From: Bacillota bacterium
GTDB lineage: Bacteria; Bacillota; Clostridia; Oscillospirales; Ruminococcaceae
Assembly: GCA_023666805.1 (NCBI GenBank)
Contig: JAMPBF010000001.1
Span: 1 to 61,167 of the forward strand
DNA: 61,167 nucleotides
Direction of reading: 5' to 3'
Shown: positions 50,863 through 58,044 of the stretch, piece by piece
Position numbering within the stretch: position 1 is the stretch's first letter
Layout: each line of letters opens with the position of its first letter
The notes under the pieces: model-generated
Seen by the model: only the letters and a program-made list of their open reading frames with translations
Databases searched by the model: none
Told to the model about the DNA's origin: nothing
Program-made: the position numbers and the translations under genes

Positions 50863-51360
50863 ATGACTAAGCCTGCTTCTCCCGCACTGAGAGAGACGGT
50901 CAAGCTTATCCTGCTGTTTTTGATGGGAGGCATGATATATTTTGCCATCGAGGTGGCGTACAAGGGGGACAGCCATTGCTCCATGTTTATTACGGGCGGC
51001 TTATGCTTTCTGCTCATAGGGGGGATAAACAGCTATTTTGACAGGGATATGCCCTTGCTGCATCAGATGTTTTTCAGCGCCGTTATAATAACGCTGCTGG
51101 AATTTATAAGCGGGGTGATCGTAAATATAGGGCTTAAGCTCAATGTGTGGGATTACAGCCGTATTCCCTTTAACTTCATGGGGCAGATCTGTCTCAGATT
51201 TTTCTTTATTTGGTTCTTTCTCTCCCTTATCGGGATATTCCTCGACGATTTTTTCAGGGAAAGAATGTTCGGGGAGGACAGGATCAGTTATACAGTGTTC
51301 AAAAAGAGGTCGGCGGCAAGGAAAACGCCGTCGGGTGCGGAAGAAAAGCTTCTTCCTTGA
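50863..51360 (+). CDS. Putative membrane protein (CmpB-like permease family)
   Basis: MFITGGLCF, LEFISG, VWDYSRIPFNFMGQIC. Confidence 0.75.
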   Translation: MTKPASPALRETVKLILLFLMGGMIYFAIEVAYKGDSHCSMFITGGLCFLLIGGINSYFDRDMPLLHQMFFSAVIITLLEFISGVIVNIGLKLNVWDYSRIPFNFMGQICLRFFFIWFFLSLIGIFLDDFFRERMFGEDRISYTVFKKRSAARKTPSGAEEKLLP

Positions 51361-51617
51361 CAAGCGGCATTGAGATCGGGCGGAGCAGAGCTTCAGCCCG
51401 ATTTTCATGTCTGTCAAAAATGCTCCTTTTTTTTCGGTAAGCGCTTTTGATTATTGAACAACGTTCAATAATCAAAAATGTAAAAAATGCTGTCAAAACT
51501 ATTGACTTTTTATGGTAATCGGCTGTATAATAATAATGTATAAATATATAAATTTTTAATTTTTCATATACTATTGAATCTGCCTTGCTTCGGGCATTTT
51601 CGGAAGGGAGAAATTAA

Positions 51618-54600
51618 ATGAAAACTTTAACTAAAAAGCTTGTATCGATAGTTACGGCAGCGGCGTTCACCGCCGGGTTAACGGCTGCCATGCCGTCGCC
51701 TGCCGTTGACGCTCAGATCATACATTGGCAGCACAGCGAGTTTGACAGCTGGGACGATCCCAACGAGCTGCCCTCGTCGGGAAGCTATTTGCTGGAAAGC
51801 GACGTTACGCTGCATCATTCGATAATCGTTACTGACGACCTGAATCTTTGCTTAAACGGTCATAATATTGTTTTTAAAATTGCTCCCGATAAGGATCACC
51901 GTGAGGAAAAGACCTACGGCTTCTTTCTTGTGGGCGAAGCCGATTTGAACATATACGCCGAGGAAAGCGGCGGAAAAATCATCACACAGCTTTGCGGAGA
52001 CGGTGAAGATCGGGAGGAAGCTCCTGCGGAGACCGCAACGGCGCCCGAGGAAGCCGAAGCACCCGAAAGCACCTCCGACGGAGAAATTACCGATCTGCCC
52101 GACAGCACGTCTGCCGAGGATAACACCGAAGCCCAAGCTCCCGACGCTTCAGAGGAAACCGCCGCCGAGGGATCCGCCGCCGTTCCGGAGGAAACGGAGG
52201 CGGAGCCAACCGCTTCTCCCGAGGAGGAGCAGCCCGAGGAGACCGCAGAGACCGATCCCGTCACAGCCGCAAGCGGCGAAGAAGAGCCTGCGGAAAGCAG
52301 TGCCGAATCGACGGAGGAACCGAAAGCAAGCGAAGACTTCGATACCGAGGAAAGCGATAACGGGCAGGCCGAAGAGCCTGCGGAAAATACAAGCACGGCT
52401 TTGACCGCCGATGCGGAAAACGGCGGGGACGGCTTACAGGAAGAGCCGTCGGCGGCAGAGGACAGCGAACGGGAAACCGCCGAGCCTTTGCCCGAAGAAA
52501 ATCTCGCTTTACATATCCGCAGCTTCAGCTCCTTGTTTAAGGCTGAGCCCGAGACCGGCGTCTTGATCGAAGACAGCGAAGACATCGAAGACGGCGAAGA
52601 CAGCGAGGACGGCGGGAATAACAGCAATAAGGATAACGGCGACGATACCGATTCGGACAGCACCGACCCCCAGCCCGACGGTAAGGACGGCGAAATCATC
52701 TCTGACCCTGTTCTCATTTCAAACGAGAGCAGCGGTGAACTGAACCTGTACGGCGGCGCTCTTGAAACGGAGGGCGAGGTATGTATCGTAAGCGGAGAGG
52801 GTTCAACGGTCAATATATACGGCGGTACGATCACAGCCTGCGATGATTCCCCCATTGCCGTCTGCGCAAGGGGAGATCTGAGGATCAACGACGGCGCCGT
52901 AAACGGCGGCATTGAATTTGACGGCGGACAGCTTACCGTCAGCGGCGGCAGGATCTTAAACGGCGTTAATATTATCGGCGGCAGCGCAGTTATAAGCGGC
53001 GGCCTTATCACAGGCGAAAACGCCGCAGCGGCTTTGTCCGATAAAAACGTCGAGATAGACATTTGCAATAACGCAGTGCTGGCGGGCGATTCTTCGGCGC
53101 TTAACATACTTAACGAAAACGCAAGGGTATATTTGTACGGAGAGCCTGCTTTAGCGGGAGATATTTGCATCATTCCCTCGGAAACTGCGGACAATACCGT
53201 TTTACATGCACATTGCAGGGAAAACGGCGAGAAAATCTATACGGGAAGGGTTCTGAATATCGCTTTGCCTGACAGCGGCGAGATATTTAACGCCGAGATC
53301 GACGGTAAATACGTTATTGCAGGCGTCAGCGAGGAAAACAAGGACAAATTTGCGGTAGAGCAGGAGTATTACATTTTAGAGCAAGAAGCGGACGCTTTGA
53401 GGCTTAAGTCGGAGCTGGTCAAGATAACGGAAATTTATCTTGAAGACGCCGCAATGGAGATAAACACGGAAATCGCCCTTGCCCCCGTAATTCTTCCCGA
53501 AAATTATCATGAAAAGATCATTTGGAGCAGCAGCGACCCCGACATCGCATCGGTGGACGGAGACGGAAGGGTAAGCGCTCACCGAGTGGGCGCCGTGACA
53601 ATAACGGCGGCGGCTCACACCGATCAAAGCATTTTCGCTTCCTGCGAAATTGAAGTGACCTCCTCAAAGGTATATAATATTTTGTTTGATACAAGGGGCG
53701 TAAACACTCATATCAGCGAAAAATACAAGCGCTACGTTTACGGAGAGACGACCCTGCTCCCGATTCCCGAGGCAGTTGGCTACAGCTTTGTCGGCTGGCA
53801 CAGAAGTCCTGATTTGGACGACGAGATCCTTACCGAGATAGGTCCCGGGGAAAGCGGAGACATCGTTCTGTACGCACAGTGGAGCACCGACGAATACGGC
53901 TTGGAATTTGTTCTTAACGGCGGCGAATTTGACCCCGAGGACAATATCCGTGACAGCTACGTCTACGGAAGCCAGGACGTGCTGCCCGTACCCGTTAAGG
54001 AAGGCTTCAAGTTTATGGGCTGGTACGAAAACGAGGATCTTTCGGATTCCGCCGTTTATAAAATCCCCGCCGATTCTGCGGGAAATAAAATTTATTACGC
54101 AAAATGGGTCGAAAACGACGCTAAAGAATATTCCGTCATATTCAGAGTGGACGGCAGTATTTCCGTGGTGGTCGTATACGAGGGAGAAATTCCCCAATAT
54201 CCCAAGGGCACGCCCGTCAAGGCTTCGGACGACAAATACGACTACGAATTTGCGGGTTGGAGCCCCGAAATAGCTCCCGCCTACGACTTTAACGTATACG
54301 AGGCGAAATTTAACGCCGTTCCCAAGAGCTTTGACATCACGCTCGACTTAGACGGCGGAACCATAGCGGAGCAGGAATGGCCGAGCTCCTACACCTACGG
54401 TGATAATACAACGCTGCCGATACCCGAAAAGGAAGGCTTCAGCTTTATCGGCTGGTATACGGACGGAGAATTTTCGGGAGATCCGCTGACAGAGGTTTCG
54501 GAGGAGGAGTTCGGAGATAAGCTCTTCTTTGCAAAATGGGCTTTAAATGAGGAAAAGTCCGATGAGGACAAGGAAAACGGAGCACCCGAGGAGGTGGAGA

Positions 54601-55580
54601 TCTCCGACGAGGTGATCGACATTGTGTGGCCCGCAAATGCAAAGGTCATTTTAAATCCCTATAAAATGAAGCTTTCGGAAAGTGCGGCAGCGGCCGGAGG
54701 CGAGATCATAGAAAACGACGTCAGCGGCATTACGGATACGGTGGTTTCCCCCGAGCTTAAATTCATCAACAAGAGCAATACTCAGGTCAAGATCATTGTA
54801 TCGGGTTCGGTAGACGCCGTTTCCACGGTCACAGATTCCGACGGAATGGAATTTTCTTATGAGAGCCGCAGCATTGATTTTGCGACAGCGCCTATAAATC
54901 CCGATGACCGCAACAACACGATACTGCTTTATTTGGAGCAGGCTTACGAAGTCGATCCCTTTGGAACGGGTCTTTATTCACAAGGCTTTGACGCCGATAA
55001 TTCCCGTCAAATGCTTTTGGGAAAGGAGACCGTTACAAGAGAGCTGTTTACGATCCCCGCCTCCGAGAATGAGGAGGGAACAAGAGCAAACGTAAAGATC
55101 TGCGGCGATATGGCTTTAAATCCCATCTTAAGCTGGAGCAAGCTGGCTGAAACCGACAGCGTCAACATAAATCTTTTGTTTACCGCCGTGCCCGAGAGCA
55201 CCGAAAACAAAGGCAACGCCGAGGATAACGAAGCCGAGGAGGGAGATCCCGAAGCGGACGGCACGGAGGAAGGCAATCCCGCAGTGGACAGCACGGAGGA
55301 AGGAGATCCCGAAGCGAGTGGCAGCGACAATCCTCAAAATCCCGAAAACGGAGATACGGATAAAACCGACACCGAGGATCAAGAAACCGCTGCCGAAGCA
55401 GGCGGATCCGATTCGCCGAACGGCGGCGAACCCGATCAAGGCGGCGCCGACGAAAGCTCGGAGCAGGATAAAAAGCAGGAGAACGGCGGCGAAGGTCAAG
55501 CTGCGGATAACGCTGCCTTTAAAGAGCCTGATTTGACCGATCCGACAGAGGCTGACGGCACAGACGGCATTTCGCAATAA
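51618..55580 (+). CDS. Secreted/surface protein with Big_2 and InlB B-repeat domains and acidic linkers
   Basis: Signal peptide; WSSSDPDIASVD (Ig-like); repeated P.KEGF.F.GWY...YAKW units; TTGACT-18-TATAAT at 51502-51531. Confidence 0.85.
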   Translation: MKTLTKKLVSIVTAAAFTAGLTAAMPSPAVDAQIIHWQHSEFDSWDDPNELPSSGSYLLESDVTLHHSIIVTDDLNLCLNGHNIVFKIAPDKDHREEKTYGFFLVGEADLNIYAEESGGKIITQLCGDGEDREEAPAETATAPEEAEAPESTSDGEITDLPDSTSAEDNTEAQAPDASEETAAEGSAAVPEETEAEPTASPEEEQPEETAETDPVTAASGEEEPAESSAESTEEPKASEDFDTEESDNGQAEEPAENTSTALTADAENGGDGLQEEPSAAEDSERETAEPLPEENLALHIRSFSSLFKAEPETGVLIEDSEDIEDGEDSEDGGNNSNKDNGDDTDSDSTDPQPDGKDGEIISDPVLISNESSGELNLYGGALETEGEVCIVSGEGSTVNIYGGTITACDDSPIAVCARGDLRINDGAVNGGIEFDGGQLTVSGGRILNGVNIIGGSAVISGGLITGENAAAALSDKNVEIDICNNAVLAGDSSALNILNENARVYLYGEPALAGDICIIPSETADNTVLHAHCRENGEKIYTGRVLNIALPDSGEIFNAEIDGKYVIAGVSEENKDKFAVEQEYYILEQEADALRLKSELVKITEIYLEDAAMEINTEIALAPVILPENYHEKIIWSSSDPDIASVDGDGRVSAHRVGAVTITAAAHTDQSIFASCEIEVTSSKVYNILFDTRGVNTHISEKYKRYVYGETTLLPIPEAVGYSFVGWHRSPDLDDEILTEIGPGESGDIVLYAQWSTDEYGLEFVLNGGEFDPEDNIRDSYVYGSQDVLPVPVKEGFKFMGWYENEDLSDSAVYKIPADSAGNKIYYAKWVENDAKEYSVIFRVDGSISVVVVYEGEIPQYPKGTPVKASDDKYDYEFAGWSPEIAPAYDFNVYEAKFNAVPKSFDITLDLDGGTIAEQEWPSSYTYGDNTTLPIPEKEGFSFIGWYTDGEFSGDPLTEVSEEEFGDKLFFAKWALNEEKSDEDKENGAPEEVEISDEVIDIVWPANAKVILNPYKMKLSESAAAAGGEIIENDVSGITDTVVSPELKFINKSNTQVKIIVSGSVDAVSTVTDSDGMEFSYESRSIDFATAPINPDDRNNTILLYLEQAYEVDPFGTGLYSQGFDADNSRQMLLGKETVTRELFTIPASENEEGTRANVKICGDMALNPILSWSKLAETDSVNINLLFTAVPESTENKGNAEDNEAEEGDPEADGTEEGNPAVDSTEEGDPEASGSDNPQNPENGDTDKTDTEDQETAAEAGGSDSPNGGEPDQGGADESSEQDKKQENGGEGQAADNAAFKEPDLTDPTEADGTDGISQ

Positions 55581-55594
55581 CATTTGAACATTAT

Positions 55595-55625
55595 AAAAGC
55601 CACCGTTGAAATTCGGTGGCTTTTT
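55595..55625. terminator. Bidirectional terminator
   Basis: AAAAGCCACCG-ttgaaatt-CGGTGGCTTTT between convergent genes. Confidence 0.85.
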
Positions 55626-55628
55626 CCT

Positions 55629-56909
55629 TTATGAAGCCTCTCTCAAGCTGCCGCACCTTGATATGCTTGCCTCATATCGGCGGGTGACCTTTTGATAGGT
55701 TGCGTTTTCCTCCACATTGTAGCGGGTGGTGACTATGGGCTTTTGTCCTCTGCGGAAGATGAAAAGCTGTCCTATGGGCATGTACAGCACCTCGTCAAGA
55801 GGTATATTCATCCTTGCGCTTATGCTGCGGCCCGTGGTCAGATCCATGCCTCCCATGTAGAGATATGTATCGCAGTTGTTGATAATGGTCGTGGCATTAT
55901 CACAGCCGTACATGCCCTGAAGCTGGGACTCGGACTGGATCAGCAGGGTAACGGAAATGTCCTTTTCGCGGAATATGCTGATATATTCGGGGAAATTCAT
56001 TATGCGGCTGCCTGTGGCGAAATCGTCACAGAGAACATGAACGGGAATGGGCAGTCTGCCGTCGGGCTGCTTTTCCCCGAACTCAAAGAGGCTCTTGAAA
56101 AGCTGGGAGTAAAACATGTTTACGAAGCAGTTTAATGCAGGATTTACGGCAGAGGTGGAAACGAAAAGGATAGTTTTCTCACTTGCCAGCTTCTCAAAAT
56201 TTATATTGGCACTGCTGCGGATCATTTCCTTAAGCTCGGGGCTGAAAATCGCACTTAGGGCTGTATTCAGCGTGCCGAAAATACAGCTGGCTGTCCTCAG
56301 AGGGAGCTGCTTAAAGGTCTTCCAGTTGTTTATTGCGAATTTTCCCAGCTTGTGGTCTGCGTATTCCTCAAACCAATCGTCCAAGCTGGTGGAAATCAGC
56401 TCATCGCTCTCCTTAAAGGTAAGGTTTTCGTGCATATCCAAAACATTGGCAAGGGTAGCCTTCTTTCCCTCCACCATCATTGCAAGGGCAATCTCGGCGG
56501 ACAGCATGGAAATAGCGCTCTCCTCCCAGTAGGGATCGGCGTTGGAGTGCTCCTTTCTGGGGTTGGAGCTTACAATCGCCTTTGCCAAAAAGGTAATGTC
56601 GGAAAAGCCCTTAACGTATCTTAAGGGATCAAAGGAAACATTGCTTTGCTTGGGATTTACAAAGTTTAAATCCAAAACTCTGTAGCAGCGCTCCTTAAAC
56701 ATGGGGGCATACTTGTCGACCAATCTTCTTTTGGTAACGGTAACAACGAGATTGGTGCTGTATGTGTTCAAAAGCAGGGGCTCAGCCACGGACATCGTTT
56801 TGCCGCAGCCGCTGGTGCCGCTTACTATAATGTTATTGTTTAAGCCTGTTTTTTTGCAGTCGGTGGAATAAACTACGCCTTCGCCTAAAATTCTGTTATC
56901 TGCTCTCAT
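55629..56909 (-). CDS. VirD4/TraG-like ATPase without membrane anchor
   Basis: NNNIIVSGTSGCGKT, ADPYWEESA, VHVLCDDFAT, LIQSESQL...YG...TIINNCD; SD GAAAGG. Confidence 0.85.
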   Translation of the reverse strand: MRADNRILGEGVVYSTDCKKTGLNNNIIVSGTSGCGKTMSVAEPLLLNTYSTNLVVTVTKRRLVDKYAPMFKERCYRVLDLNFVNPKQSNVSFDPLRYVKGFSDITFLAKAIVSSNPRKEHSNADPYWEESAISMLSAEIALAMMVEGKKATLANVLDMHENLTFKESDELISTSLDDWFEEYADHKLGKFAINNWKTFKQLPLRTASCIFGTLNTALSAIFSPELKEMIRSSANINFEKLASEKTILFVSTSAVNPALNCFVNMFYSQLFKSLFEFGEKQPDGRLPIPVHVLCDDFATGSRIMNFPEYISIFREKDISVTLLIQSESQLQGMYGCDNATTIINNCDTYLYMGGMDLTTGRSISARMNIPLDEVLYMPIGQLFIFRRGQKPIVTTRYNVEENATYQKVTRRYEASISRCGSLREAS

Positions 56910-57081
56910 ATTAACACCTTTCCTTTCGATCAATAAACGTTCTTCTTCCTGTATTTTGTTTACCTGTCCCTTATAAAAGGCAGGCATCATTACCTGATTA
57001 TTCAAAATTTCCGCCGCTGCAAAAAAGCTCAAATCAGCTTTTGCAGTGAGAATACGTACCGATTATTATATTATTATGTAC

Positions 57082-57672
57082 TCAATTTGTACTCAGCAGG
57101 CGGTCAAAGCCCACCACCTCGTCGCAAAGTCCGAACTCCACGCTTTCCTCGGGACTGAAATAGTGGTCGAAGCTTGTTGCCTCCTCTATTTCCTCCTCGG
57201 TTTTCCCTGTGTGCTTGGCGAGAATTTTGTTCATCTTGCTTTTTGTTTCCAAAAGGCTGTCGGAAATGGACTTGACGGAGGAGCTGCTGCCCGAAATGTG
57301 ATTGCCCAAGAGAGGCTCATGGATCATAAGCTCGCTGTGGGGAAGCATATAGCGCCCGTTGTTTCCGCAGGCAAAGAGGACTGCGCCCATGCTGTAGGCT
57401 CTGCCGATGCAGAAGGTTCTCAGGGGAGCTTTGCAGGACTGTATCACATCGTACATCATAAGTCCCGAGTTGATCTCTCCGCCGGGAGAGTTGATAAGTA
57501 TGTCGATGGGCGCCTTGTCGTTTTCGCTGTTTAAAAGCATTATCTGCTTAATGAAGCCGCAGGCGGACTCGGCGTTTATCTCTCCCTCGATAAAAACCTT
57601 TCTCTCGGCTAAAAGTCTTGTTTCAAGAGGCACTAAGCTGATCCCTCCGCTGCTTTTTACTTGAAATTGCAT
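57082..57672 (-). CDS. ClpP-like serine protease
   Basis: INSPGG, AYSMG (Ser), MIHEP (His), FDHY (Asp), EFGLCD; SD AAAGGAGG. Confidence 0.92.
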   Translation of the reverse strand: MQFQVKSSGGISLVPLETRLLAERKVFIEGEINAESACGFIKQIMLLNSENDKAPIDILINSPGGEINSGLMMYDVIQSCKAPLRTFCIGRAYSMGAVLFACGNNGRYMLPHSELMIHEPLLGNHISGSSSSVKSISDSLLETKSKMNKILAKHTGKTEEEIEEATSFDHYFSPEESVEFGLCDEVVGFDRLLSTN

Positions 57673-57727
57673 TGTTTAAGCCCTCCTTTGTAAATTTTCC
57701 GCCGGCCGACGGCACGTTAACCGAGCG

Positions 57728-58021
57728 GTCGAAATCCCGACTTTATCATTCTACCAAAAATTCCCTCAAAACGCAATTTTTTATCCGAAGAAAAAGTCGA
57801 AAATCGCTCGGTGGATCTTGAGGAAAATGCAAGGGAAATTTTCGACTTTATCATTCTACCAAAATTTTCCCCAAAAGGCAATTTTTTATCCGAAGAAAAA
57901 GTCGAAAATCGCTCGGTGTACCTTGAGGAAAATACAAGGGATTTTTTCAGCTTTATCATTCTACCAAAATTTTCCCCAAAAGGCAATTTTTTATCCGAAG
58001 AAAAAGTCGAAAAATCCCGAC
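57728..58021 (-). repeat. 105-bp tandem repeat (~2.7 copies), each with a sigma-A-like promoter
   Basis: CTTTATCATTCTACCAAAA at 57741, 57846, 57951; minus-strand TTGC(C/G)T-17-TAGAAT in each. Confidence 0.92.
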
Positions 58022-58040
58022 CCGTAAATACAGGTCGGGA
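58010..58040 (-). terminator. Probable terminator of the WYL gene
   Basis: TCCCGACC...GGTCGGGA followed by TTTTT on the minus strand, just after the stop codon. Confidence 0.65.
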
Positions 58041-58044
58041 GAAA

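Noticed and set aside
51456-51466. LexA (Cheo) box
   Set aside because: GAAC-N3-GTTC; the consensus needs N4
55629-56909. Conjugative element around virD4
   Set aside because: No relaxase, VirB4, integrase or TM anchor; flanks look chromosomal
57728-58021. 105-bp repeats as a CRISPR array
   Set aside because: Units are nearly identical along their length, with no unique spacers; no cas genes in the window
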